A stretch of DNA of 64,000 bases from an uncultured Pseudokineococcus sp. (GTDB lineage Bacteria; Actinomycetota; Actinomycetes; Actinomycetales; Quadrisphaeraceae). How positions within the stretch are numbered: position 1 is the stretch's first letter; every line of letters starts with the position of its first letter. The position numbers and the translations under genes were made by a program. Below are positions 9,191 to 17,944 of the stretch, in pieces. The notes beneath the pieces are model-generated. The model was given only the letters and a program-made list of their open reading frames with translations, was not told where the DNA came from and did no database searches. The stretch covers positions 18,164 through 82,163 of the forward strand of contig NZ_CANMAA010000014.1 of assembly GCF_947495735.1 (NCBI RefSeq). Reading direction: 5' to 3'.

Positions 9191-10593
9191 GCCGCTCCGC
9201 CACGGGGCTCGCGGAGGCGTCGCCCGGGCCCTCGCCCGAGCTCCGGCGCGAGCGCCGCGCCTGGTACGTCTACGACTGGGCCAACTCGGCGTACGTCACG
9301 ACGACCGGCACGGTGCTCTTCGCGCCCTACCTGACGGCCGTCGCCACCGCGGCGGCCTGCCCGGGGCTCGCCGACGGGGAGGTCTGCGGGACCACGCTGT
9401 CGGTGCTGGGCGTGCCCGTGGCCCCGGGCTCGCTGGCGCTGTACACGACGACGGTCTCCACGGCCCTGAGCGCGCTCCTGCTCCCCCTCGTGGGGGCGCT
9501 GTGCGACCGGGTGGTGCGCAAGCGGCTGCTGCTCGGCGCCTTCGCGCTCGTCGGCGCGTCCGCCGCCGCGGCGATGGCCGCGGTCACGGGGACGGACTGG
9601 CAGCTCGGCGTCCTGCTCCAGGTGGTGGCCGGCGCCTCGCTGGGAGCCTCGCTCGTCGTCTACAACGCCCTGCTGCTCGACCTCGCCGGCCCGGACGAGC
9701 GCGACGCCGTCTCCAGCCGCGGGTGGGCGATGGGCTACCTCGGCGGCTTCCTGCTGCTGGCCGCCAACCTCGGCGTCGTCTCCGGGCACGACGCGCTCGG
9801 CCTCACCGAGGCCGAGGCCGTCCGCGTCAGCCTGCTGTCCGCCGGCCTGTGGTGGGGGGTCTTCAGCCTGGTGCCGGTCCTGGGGCTGAAGGACCGGCCG
9901 CTGCCCGTCCCACCCGACGGGGAGCCGCGCGCACCGCGCGGCGGCGCGGTGTCCGGCACCTTCGGCGAGCTCGTGCGCACGCTGCGCCACGCCCGCGCCC
10001 ACCCCATGACCCTGCTGCTGCTGGCCGCCTTCCTGCTCTACAACGACGGCGTCCAGACGGTGATCTACGCCGCGAGCCTCTTCGGGACGGTCGAGCTCGG
10101 CCTCGCGCAGGCGCAGCTCATCACCGCCATCCTGCTCGTCCAGGGGGTGGCCTTCGTCGGCGCGCTCGTCTTCGGCGTCCTGGCCGGGCGCTTCGGCGCC
10201 CAGCGGACGGTGCTGTGGTCGCTCGTGGCCTGGACCGGCGTGGTGGCCGCAGGGTTCTTCCTGCCGGCGGGTCGCTTCGGCCTCTTCCTCGGGCTGTCCG
10301 TCGCCATCGGGCTGGTCCTGGGCGGGACGCAGGCCATCTCCCGCTCCCTGTACAGCCAGCTCGTGCCCGTGGGGCGCGAGGCGCAGTACTTCAGCCTCTA
10401 CCAGGCGGCCGAGCGCGGGACGTCGTGGATCGGGACGCTCGTCTTCGGGCTCGTCTACCAGCTGACCGGCTCCTACCGCCCGGCCGTCGCGTCGCTGGTC
10501 GTCTTCTTCGTCCTCGGCGGGCTGCTGCTGCTGCGGGTGGACGTGCGGCGCGGCATCGCCGACGCGGGGCGCCCCCAGCCGCAGCGCGTCTGA
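9187..10593 (+). CDS. MFS transporter, UMF1/Atg22-like family
   Basis: WYVYDWANSAY N-terminal motif and 12-TM-like hydrophobicity. GTGA overlap with the GDPD stop. Confidence 0.85.
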   Translation: MSRSATGLAEASPGPSPELRRERRAWYVYDWANSAYVTTTGTVLFAPYLTAVATAAACPGLADGEVCGTTLSVLGVPVAPGSLALYTTTVSTALSALLLPLVGALCDRVVRKRLLLGAFALVGASAAAAMAAVTGTDWQLGVLLQVVAGASLGASLVVYNALLLDLAGPDERDAVSSRGWAMGYLGGFLLLAANLGVVSGHDALGLTEAEAVRVSLLSAGLWWGVFSLVPVLGLKDRPLPVPPDGEPRAPRGGAVSGTFGELVRTLRHARAHPMTLLLLAAFLLYNDGVQTVIYAASLFGTVELGLAQAQLITAILLVQGVAFVGALVFGVLAGRFGAQRTVLWSLVAWTGVVAAGFFLPAGRFGLFLGLSVAIGLVLGGTQAISRSLYSQLVPVGREAQYFSLYQAAERGTSWIGTLVFGLVYQLTGSYRPAVASLVVFFVLGGLLLLRVDVRRGIADAGRPQPQRV

Positions 10594-10894
10594 GCGGCAC
10601 AGCGCCGGCGACCGGCAGGGCACCGCAGCGGGCTGCGCGCTGCTCCGTCCGGGTGAACTCCCCTCGGCGGCTGGGCGGCGGCGGCAGCGGGGTCGTCTCC
10701 GGAGCATCCGCGCGGGCTCCCGGGCCGAAGATGGGGTAGCCGGGCCCGCAGCGGGTCCCGGCGGAGCGGACTCCCAGGTGCTGCACAGCCCGCGCAGGAA
10801 CAGGCGGCCCCGGGGGACCGTTGAGCCAGACGTACCGGACGCCCCCAACCTGTGGCGTCCAGGAACGCACGGACGAGGATGGAGGTGGCTCCCC

Positions 10895-11245
10895 ATGGCC
10901 GACCGGAGCCTGAGAGGCACCCGACTGGGCGCAGCGAGCCTGGAGTCGGACACCGGCGTCGAGCCGGCGCCGCGGCAGATGCGCGAGTACGTGTGCTCGA
11001 ACGAGCACCGCACGGTCGTCCCGCTGTCGATGGAGGCGGACGTGCCGGCGCTCTGGGAGTGCCGGTGCGGTGAGCAGGCCCTCCTGCGCGACGCGTCGCG
11101 ACCCGAGGAGAAGGCGGGCAAGCCCCCGCGCACGCACTGGGACATGCTCCTCGAGCGGCGCTCGGTGGGCGACCTCCAGGTGCTGCTCGACGAGCGGCTG
11201 GAGCTGCTCCGCAGCGGGATGCTGCACGCCAAGCGCTCCGCCTGA
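10895..11245 (+). CDS. rbpA: RNA polymerase-binding protein RbpA
   Basis: MADRSLRG...REYVCSNEHRTVVPLSMEADVPALWECRCG...THWDMLLERRS..LQVLLDERLELLR. GGAGGTGG lies 6 nt upstream of the ATG at 10895. Confidence 0.9.
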   Translation: MADRSLRGTRLGAASLESDTGVEPAPRQMREYVCSNEHRTVVPLSMEADVPALWECRCGEQALLRDASRPEEKAGKPPRTHWDMLLERRSVGDLQVLLDERLELLRSGMLHAKRSA

Positions 11246-11346
11246 GGACCGGTGGACCCGGTGCTCAGGGCGCGGGCGGCTGTGACCAGCAGCCCGCGCC
11301 CAGCCCCCTGACCCCGGGCGCCGCGCTCCTCGAGCGCTGACCCACG

Positions 11347-11384
11347 ACGACGGCCGCGCCACCTCCGGGTGGCGCGGCCGTCGT
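11347..11384. terminator. perfect 17-bp stem-loop between convergent rbpA and fxsA
   Basis: ACGACGGCCGCGCCACC (11347-11363), loop TCCG, GGTGGCGCGGCCGTCGT (11368-11384). It is followed by a 15-nt direct repeat GGTCGTGGTGACGGG at 11398 and 11423. Confidence 0.6.
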
Positions 11385-11453
11385 GCGTGCGGGGCCCGGT
11401 CGTGGTGACGGGGCGCGGGCCGGGTCGTGGTGACGGGCCTGCTCACCGCGCCG

Positions 11454-11999
11454 TCAGGGGCGCGGGTCGTCCCGGGGAGGCAGCACCCGGCCCTCGATGG
11501 GGCCCCCGGGCCCGGAGCGGCCGTCGGGGCGGTCCGGCTCGACGACCACCCGGCCGGCGACGACGTCCCCGCGCCGCAGCCCGACCACGCGCAGCGCCGC
11601 GGTCCCGGCCGCGGCGCCCAGCAGCCGTCGCACGAGCGGGCGCGTGGGCGGGAAGAGGCACAGCAGGCCGGCGAGGTCGGACACGAAGCCGGGCAGGAGC
11701 AGCAGCAGCGCCCCGAGGGCCACGAGGCCGGCGTCGGCCAGCTCGCGGCCGGCGGCGCGTCCGTCGGTCCGCCCGTCCCGGGCGCGCGCGGCGACGCGGC
11801 GCACGCCGCCGAGGCCCCCGCGCACGAGCGCGAGGCCGCCGACCACCGCGCCGGCGAGGAGCAGCAGGAGCGTCCACCCGGCGCCGAGGGCCTCCCCCAC
11901 GAGCAGGATGCCGGCCAGCTCGACGAGCACGACCAGGGGCGGCACGGCCGCGAGCCAGCGCGAGCGCCGCCGGGCCGCCGGGCGCGGGGCGGCGCTCAC
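11454..11999 (-). CDS. fxsA: FxsA family membrane protein
   Basis: Contains LLLLLPGFVSDLAGLLCLFPPTRPLVRR, the FxsA signature region. The GTG at 11999 overlaps the lnt stop (GTGA). Confidence 0.7.
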   Translation of the reverse strand: MSAAPRPAARRRSRWLAAVPPLVVLVELAGILLVGEALGAGWTLLLLLAGAVVGGLALVRGGLGGVRRVAARARDGRTDGRAAGRELADAGLVALGALLLLLPGFVSDLAGLLCLFPPTRPLVRRLLGAAAGTAALRVVGLRRGDVVAGRVVVEPDRPDGRSGPGGPIEGRVLPPRDDPRP

Positions 12000-13777
12000 G
12001 CCAGCCCCCGGCCGCTCGCGCTGCCGGCCCCGGTGGCGACGGGCTGCGGCGCCCGTCCGTCGAGGGGGCCGGGCTCGACCACCGCCCGGCCCGCGCCGCC
12101 GTCGCGCGCGCGCCGGCGGCCGGCGAGCGCGCCCGCGCCCGCGGCCAGGGCGCCCAGCAGGCTGATGCCGAGCTCGGGCCACGCCCCGGCGCGCGCCGCC
12201 GGCGTCAGCGTGGTGCGCAGCGGGATCTCCTGGACGAGGACGTCGGGGGTGAAGAGCTCGGTGGTCCGCCCGGTGCTGCCGTCCGGGGAGACCACCGCGG
12301 AGACGCCGACGGTGGACACGTGCACGACGGCCCTGCCCTGCTCCACGGCCCGCACCCGGGAGATGGCGAGCTGCTGGACGCTCTCGTCGGTGAAGCCGAA
12401 CGTGGCGTTGTTGGTCGGCACGACGAGCGCCTGGGCGCCGCCGCGCACGACCTCGGCGACGAGGCCGTCCTCGACGACCTCGAAGCAGATGAGCGCCCCC
12501 AGCGTCGTCCCGGCGACGTCGAGGAGGCCCGGCCGCTCCCCCGGTACCATGTCCGCGCGCACGAGGTCCACCTTGTCGCTGAACAGGCGGAAGAAGTCGC
12601 GGTGCGGCACGTACTCGGCGAAGGGCACCGGGTGCTGCTTCGCGTACACCTGGCCGGGCCCGGTCTCGGGGTCCCACACGAGGACGACGTTGCGGAGCTC
12701 GTCGTCGGCGAGGGCGTCGTCCGGCGCGCCCGGCAGCTCCTGCGGGAGACCGGTGCCCCGACCGCCGCGCACGAGGGTGCCCACCAGGACCGGCGCACCG
12801 ACGGCGGTGGCCGCCTCCTCGATCGCGGCGGCCGCGTCCGCGTTGGCGAAGGGGTCGAGGTCGCTGGCGTTCTCGGGCCAGACGACGACGTCCAGCTGCG
12901 GGGCCCGCCCCGCCTCGACGGCCTCGGCCAGCTCCACCGTGCCGCGGACGTGGTTGTCGAGCACCGCGCGGCGCTCGGCGTTGAACTCCAGGCCCGCCGC
13001 GGGCACGTCGCCCTGCACGGCGGCCACGACGAGGGTGCCGGCCTCGGCGTCGGTCGGCCGGGGCACGACCGCGCCGGCGGCGGGCAGGAGCGCCGCGAGG
13101 GCGAGGAGGGCGCCGACGGCCGCCGCGCCGCCGCGGGACCGGTGGGCGAGCGCGCCGCCGCGCCGGGCCCGGCGCTCGCCCGCCACCACGGCCAGGCGCA
13201 GGGCGGCCAGCGCCAGCGCCGCGCCCGCGGTGGCCACGGCGAAGGAGACCAGCGGCGCGCCGCCGAGCGCGGCGAGGCCGACCACCGGTGCGTCGGCCTG
13301 GCTGAAGGCCACCCGGCCCCAGCCGAAGCCGCCGAACGGCAGCCGGGCGCGCAGCGCCTCGACGCCCGTCCAGACGGCCCCCGCGCCGGCGGCCTGCAGG
13401 CACAGGCGCGCCGCTCCGGAGGCGGCCCAGGAGCCGGCGGGGGCGCCGCCCGTCGCGCGGGAGGTCCAGCGCAGCACCAGCACGAGCAGGGCACCGGCGA
13501 CGGCGATGAACAGGGCCTCCATCACGGCCAGGGCGTAGGCGACCGGGCCGACGTACTCGGCCGCCCAGCGCAGCAGCACGACGAAGCCGACGAGTCCGTG
13601 CAGGAGGCCGAGCAGCGCACCGGTGCGCAGGCGCGCGCCCGCGACGGCGGCGACCAGGGCGCCGACGCCGGGCCCGGCGAGCCACCACCACCCCGGCTCC
13701 GGGAAGGAGGAGGCGAGCAGGAACCCCCCGAGAGCGGCGACGAGCGCCCGGGCGAGGGGGGACGGCCGCAGCAGCAC
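11996..13777 (-). CDS. lnt: apolipoprotein N-acyltransferase
   Basis: Multi-TM N-terminal half plus a CN-hydrolase domain (VVWPENA, YAKQHPVPFAEYVP, GALICFEV). I chose the GTG at 13777 because TACCCT plus 6 nt precedes it. Alternatives are ATG 13852 and the ORF-track TTG at 14041. Confidence 0.8.
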   Translation of the reverse strand: MLLRPSPLARALVAALGGFLLASSFPEPGWWWLAGPGVGALVAAVAGARLRTGALLGLLHGLVGFVVLLRWAAEYVGPVAYALAVMEALFIAVAGALLVLVLRWTSRATGGAPAGSWAASGAARLCLQAAGAGAVWTGVEALRARLPFGGFGWGRVAFSQADAPVVGLAALGGAPLVSFAVATAGAALALAALRLAVVAGERRARRGGALAHRSRGGAAAVGALLALAALLPAAGAVVPRPTDAEAGTLVVAAVQGDVPAAGLEFNAERRAVLDNHVRGTVELAEAVEAGRAPQLDVVVWPENASDLDPFANADAAAAIEEAATAVGAPVLVGTLVRGGRGTGLPQELPGAPDDALADDELRNVVLVWDPETGPGQVYAKQHPVPFAEYVPHRDFFRLFSDKVDLVRADMVPGERPGLLDVAGTTLGALICFEVVEDGLVAEVVRGGAQALVVPTNNATFGFTDESVQQLAISRVRAVEQGRAVVHVSTVGVSAVVSPDGSTGRTTELFTPDVLVQEIPLRTTLTPAARAGAWPELGISLLGALAAGAGALAGRRRARDGGAGRAVVEPGPLDGRAPQPVATGAGSASGRGLA

Positions 13778-13783
13778 GGCCCC

Positions 13784-13789
13784 AGGGTA
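13784..13789 (-). promoter_or_regulatory. -10-like hexamer TACCCT, 6 nt before the GTG at 13777 (leaderless-type)
   Basis: The minus strand reads TACCCTggggccGTG. Confidence 0.35.
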
Positions 13790-14070
13790 GGCGCCGCCGG
13801 CGCGGGACCGGACCGGTGAGGCCGGTCCGGCGGCCCCGCGGGGCCCCGCCATGCCCGGTCGGCGCGTGCGCGGCCGGTGCGAGCCGACGGACCCGCCCGC
13901 CCTTCGGTCCGTCCGAGCCTCGGTGGCGCCGGGGTCTTCGAGACGTTGTCTACGGGGCGAGCGGGCCCGCCGCTGCTCCACCACGTGCACGGTGGCCGCG
14001 GTGGCCGACGCCGACGGTACTCGGGGCGGGCCGTCTGTCAACCGTCCGCGAGGAGGTCCGCCACCCCCTC

Positions 14071-14103
14071 TGACCTGGGACGACGCGTCGTCGTCCCAGG
14101 TCA
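14071..14103. promoter_or_regulatory. perfect 33-nt palindrome (15-bp arms, 3-nt centre)
   Basis: TGACCTGGGACGACG-CGT-CGTCGTCCCAGGTCA, in the divergent lnt / sugar-ABC intergenic region. Candidate operator or RNA hairpin; function unknown. Confidence 0.35.
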
Positions 14104-14334
14104 GCGAGGAGCGGCGCGAGCCCTCGCGGGCGTCCGCCCGGCGGCGTGTCGAGCGGCGTGTCGCCCTCGGTCGCCGAGGGGCCCGGGGCGACGAAGGGCC
14201 GGTCCCCCGGACGGGTGCCTCGCGTCACGATCGGATCACGACCCTGCTGCTCCGGCGGTCGCCCGTATATGTTCGGGCCCGCGACTTATCCCGCGTCGAC
14301 GACGACCCGGGACCCCTGATGCGAAGGAGCATCC

Positions 14335-15444
14335 ATGCGCGCTCGCAGCACCGCCGTCGCGGTCACCTCGATGGCCGCCGTCCTCGCCCTCTCCGCCTGC
14401 GGCGGCGGGAGCAGCTCCGGCTCGGGCGGCGGGGGCGGCGACGCCACCGCCGGCGGCTCCGACGACGCCTCCGGCAGCCCCCAGGTCGGCGTGATCCTCC
14501 CGGACACCGAGTCCTCCGCCCGCTGGGAGTCGTTCGACGCACCCCTGCTGCAGCAGGCCTTCGAGGACGCCGGCGTCACGGCGACCATCCAGAACGCCCA
14601 GGGCGACGCGTCGGGGATGCAGACCATCGCCGACCAGATGATCACCCAGGGCGTGGCCGTCCTCGCGATCGTCAACCTCGACTCCGACTCCGGCGCGGCG
14701 ATCCAGGCCAAGGCCGAGCAGGCCGGCGTCCAGACGATCGACTACGACCGCCTCACGCTCGGCGGCACCGCGGACTACTACGTGTCCTTCGACAACACCC
14801 GCGTCGGCGAGCTCCAGGGCGAGGGCCTGGCCACGTGCCTCGGCGAGGAGCCGAAGAGCATCGCCTACCTCAACGGCTCCCCCACCGACAACAACGCGAC
14901 CCTCTTCTCCGCGGGCGCCCACAGCGTCCTCGACCCGATGACGCAGTACACGGTCGTCGGGGAGCAGGCCGTGCCCGACTGGGACAACCAGCAGGCGGCG
15001 ACGATCTTCGAGCAGATGCTCACGCAGGCGGGGACGATCGACGGCGTCCTCGCCGCCAACGACGGCCTCGGCAACGCGGCCATCTCCATCCTCGCCAAGA
15101 ACGGGCTCAACGGCCAGGTGCCCGTCACGGGCCAGGACGCCACCGTCCAGGGCCTGCAGAACATCCTCGCGGGCGACCAGTGCATGACCGTCTACAAGGC
15201 CGTCACCGAGGAGGCCCAGGCGCTGGCCGACACGGCCATCGCCCTCATCGGCGGCGAGGAGCCCGAGACCACGGGCACGGTCACCGACGAGACCGGCGGC
15301 CGCGAGGTGGCGTCCATCCTCCTCGAGCCGCAGGCGATCTTCCGCGAGAACGTCGCCGACGTCGTGGAGGACGGCTTCGTCACGGCCGAGGAGCTGTGCA
15401 CGGGCGACTTCGCCGACGCCTGCACCGAGCTCGGCATCTCCTAG
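14335..15444 (+). CDS. sugar ABC transporter substrate-binding lipoprotein (xylose/ribose type)
   Basis: Lipobox LALSAC followed by a G/S-rich linker. Periplasmic-binding-protein type 1 fold features. GAAGGAG lies 6 nt upstream of the ATG. Confidence 0.85.
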   Translation: MRARSTAVAVTSMAAVLALSACGGGSSSGSGGGGGDATAGGSDDASGSPQVGVILPDTESSARWESFDAPLLQQAFEDAGVTATIQNAQGDASGMQTIADQMITQGVAVLAIVNLDSDSGAAIQAKAEQAGVQTIDYDRLTLGGTADYYVSFDNTRVGELQGEGLATCLGEEPKSIAYLNGSPTDNNATLFSAGAHSVLDPMTQYTVVGEQAVPDWDNQQAATIFEQMLTQAGTIDGVLAANDGLGNAAISILAKNGLNGQVPVTGQDATVQGLQNILAGDQCMTVYKAVTEEAQALADTAIALIGGEEPETTGTVTDETGGREVASILLEPQAIFRENVADVVEDGFVTAEELCTGDFADACTELGIS

Positions 15445-15488
15445 GGGGCTCCGGCGGCCCGCTGCCGCGGATGCCGCCCCCCCTCCCC

Positions 15489-15524
15489 GCACCGCCGGGC
15501 GCCCCTCCGGGCGCCCGGCGGTGC
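15489..15524 (+). terminator. perfect 16-bp intra-operon stem-loop after the binding-protein gene
   Basis: GCACCGCCGGGCGCCC (15489-15504), loop CTCC, GGGCGCCCGGCGGTGC (15509-15524). Probably an attenuating or stabilising hairpin rather than a full terminator. Confidence 0.5.
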
Positions 15525-15611
15525 CCGCCGCGCCGGCCCGCCCGCGCGCTCCCGACCCGCCGCGGGGCCCGAGGCCCGCACCGCCCCCGGCGCCCTCGAC
15601 GAGGAGGACCC

Positions 15612-16448
15612 TTGGACCGCTCCACCCCCCCTGCCGCGCACGCGGCGAACCCCGGCGCCGACGGGGCGCCACCGCTGCTGTCCCTGCGCGGCATCGACAA
15701 GAGCTTCGGTGCGGTCCAGGTGCTGCACGGCGTCGACCTCGACGTGAGGGCCGGTGAGGTGACGGCGCTCGTGGGCGACAACGGCGCCGGCAAGTCCACG
15801 CTCGTGAAGTGCGTGGCCGGCATCTACACGACCGACGCCGGCGAGTACCAGTTCGAGGGGCGCCCGGTGCACGTCTCCGGCCCGAAGGACACCGCCGCGC
15901 TGGGGATCGAGGTCGTCTACCAGGACCTCGCGCTGTGCGACAACCTCGACGTCGTCCAGAACATGTTCCTCGGCCGCGAGAAGAAGCGCGGCGGCGTGCT
16001 GGACGAGACGGCGATGGAGGAGCTCGCGCGCCAGACCCTCGCCAGCCTGTCCGTGCGCACGGTGCGCTCGGTGCGCCAGCTCGTCGCCAGCCTGTCCGGC
16101 GGGCAGCGCCAGACCGTCGCCATCGCCAAGGCCGTCCTGTGGAACTCCCGCGTGGTGCTCCTGGACGAGCCCACCGCCGCCCTCGGCGTCGCCCAGACCC
16201 GCCAGGTGCTCGACCTCGTGCGCCGCCTGGCGGACAACGGGCTGGGCGTGGTCCTCATCAGCCACAACCTCAACGACGTCTTCGAGGTCGCCGACTCGAT
16301 CGTGGCCCTCTACCTCGGCCGCTCCGCCGCGACGGTGCGCACGCGCGACGTCACGAGCAGCCAGGTGGTCGAGCTCATCACCGCCGGGCGCTCGGGCGAC
16401 CTCGGCCTCGTCCCCGCCGCCGACCCGACCGCCGCCGCGCCGGCCTGA
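15612..16448 (+). CDS. sugar ABC transporter ATP-binding protein (single NBD)
   Basis: Walker A GDNGAGKST, signature LSGGQRQ, Walker B VVLLDEPTAAL. The only canonical start is the TTG at 15612, with GAGGAGG 4 nt upstream. It is the C-terminal part of ORF 13851..16448. Confidence 0.8.
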   Translation: MDRSTPPAAHAANPGADGAPPLLSLRGIDKSFGAVQVLHGVDLDVRAGEVTALVGDNGAGKSTLVKCVAGIYTTDAGEYQFEGRPVHVSGPKDTAALGIEVVYQDLALCDNLDVVQNMFLGREKKRGGVLDETAMEELARQTLASLSVRTVRSVRQLVASLSGGQRQTVAIAKAVLWNSRVVLLDEPTAALGVAQTRQVLDLVRRLADNGLGVVLISHNLNDVFEVADSIVALYLGRSAATVRTRDVTSSQVVELITAGRSGDLGLVPAADPTAAAPA

Positions 16449-16457
16449 GGAGCACCC

Positions 16458-17843
16458 GTGACCACCACACCTCCCGAGCCCGCCCGCACCGCGCCGGGCG
16501 ACGCGCCGCGCACCGCCCCCGCCGTCAGCGGCGCCCGCTCCGGCGGCGCCCGACCGGGGGTCTCCGACGAGCAGACCCGCATCGCCGAGCTGGCGCGGGC
16601 GACGGGCGCCAGCCCGCTGGCCGAGCCCGCCCAGGCGCCGTCGTTCCGCGAGGGCGTGCAGGCCTACGTGCAGCGGCTGCGCGGCGGCGACATCGGCTCC
16701 CTGCCCGCCCTGCTGGGGCTCGCCGTCCTCCTCGTGCTCTTCTCCGTGCTGCGCCCGGAGACGTTCCCCACCGCCGGCAACATCGCGAACCTGCTCGTGC
16801 AGGCGTCCTCGATCATCGTCCTGGCGATGGGCCTGACCTTCGTGCTCCTGCTCGGCGACATCGACCTGTCGGCGGGCGTCGCGGGCGGCGCCTCGGCGGC
16901 CGTGATGGCGCTGGTGCTGGGCTCCGCCGGGCTCCCGTGGTACGCGGGCGTCCTCGCGGGCCTGCTCGCCGGCCTCGTCATCGGCACGGTGATCGGCCTG
17001 TTCGTCGCGCGCGTGGGCATCCCCAGCTTCGTCGTCACGCTCGCGCTCTTCCTCGGGCTGCAGGGCGTCACCCTCCGGCTCATCGGCGAGGGCGGCACCA
17101 TCGCGGTGCGCGACCCCGTCGTCGTCGCCATCGCCAACGGCAACGTGCCCGTCGCCCTCGGCTGGGTGCTGGCGGCCGTCGCCGTCCTCGCCTACGCGGG
17201 GGTGAGCCTGCTGTCCTGGTCGGGCAAGCGCCGCCGCGGGCTCACGCGCGACAACCTCGGCGTCGTCGTCCTGCGGGTCCTCGCCGTCGCCGCCGCCGTG
17301 CTCGCGGTCACGGCCGTGCTGTCGCAGAACCGCGCCCGCGTCCCGAGCATCGTCCTCGCCGGGATGCCGTACTCCGTCCCGCTGATCGCGGTGCTGCTCG
17401 TCGTGCTGACCTTCGTCCTGGGCCGCACGTCCTACGGCCGGCACGTGTACGCCGTCGGCGGCAACGCCGAGGCCGCGCGGCGCGCGGGCATCTCCGTGCC
17501 GATGATCCGGGTCTCGGTGTTCATGATCGGCTCCACGCTGGCGGCCGCCTCCGGGATCATCGACGCCTCGCGGCTCAACTCGGTGGCGCCCGGCTCCGGC
17601 GGCGGCAACACGCTGCTCCTCGGCGTGGGCGCGGCCGTCATCGGCGGCACGAGCCTGTTCGGCGGTCGCGGGAAGGTGACCAACGCCGTCATCGGCGGGC
17701 TCGTCATCGCCGTGATCGCCAACGGGCTCGGACTTCTCGGGCAGCCCGCCTACGTGAACTTCCTGGTCACCGGCGCCGTGCTGCTGCTGGCCGCCGCCGT
17801 CGACGCGGTCTCGCGCCGGCGCCGCTCCAGCGCCGGCCGGTAG
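16458..17843 (+). CDS. sugar ABC transporter permease (XylH/RbsC type)
   Basis: Supplied ORF. Multi-TM, with GGNAEAARRAGISV motif. Has a ~60-aa N-terminal cytoplasmic extension. Confidence 0.85.
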   Translation: MTTTPPEPARTAPGDAPRTAPAVSGARSGGARPGVSDEQTRIAELARATGASPLAEPAQAPSFREGVQAYVQRLRGGDIGSLPALLGLAVLLVLFSVLRPETFPTAGNIANLLVQASSIIVLAMGLTFVLLLGDIDLSAGVAGGASAAVMALVLGSAGLPWYAGVLAGLLAGLVIGTVIGLFVARVGIPSFVVTLALFLGLQGVTLRLIGEGGTIAVRDPVVVAIANGNVPVALGWVLAAVAVLAYAGVSLLSWSGKRRRGLTRDNLGVVVLRVLAVAAAVLAVTAVLSQNRARVPSIVLAGMPYSVPLIAVLLVVLTFVLGRTSYGRHVYAVGGNAEAARRAGISVPMIRVSVFMIGSTLAAASGIIDASRLNSVAPGSGGGNTLLLGVGAAVIGGTSLFGGRGKVTNAVIGGLVIAVIANGLGLLGQPAYVNFLVTGAVLLLAAAVDAVSRRRRSSAGR

Positions 17844-17944
17844 CCGTGGCCCGCCCTCCCCGGGGGTCGCGCCCAGCGGCCCCCGGGGACGGCGAGGAGC
17901 TGCGTCGCGGGGGGTCCGCACCGGCCGTCGGGCATGCTGCCCGG

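Noticed and set aside
4692-9203. Very long ORFs in the supplied track: 4692..9203(-) 1503 aa, 27179..31855(+) 1558 aa, 57432..63854(+) 2140 aa, 8077..11232(-), 15441..17921(-), 18274..20544(-), 3341..6226(+) and others.
   Set aside because: Their translations are Arg/Pro/Gly/Ala low-complexity strings with no recognisable motifs. They lie antisense or out of frame to genes with clear family signatures. Stop-free shadow frames are expected in DNA this G+C-rich.
13816-14228. Small ORFs 13816..14073(+) and 13950..14228(-) in the lnt / sugar-operon gap.
   Set aside because: They have many A/T-ending codons, Arg/Pro-rich translations, and no ribosome-binding site or -10 context.
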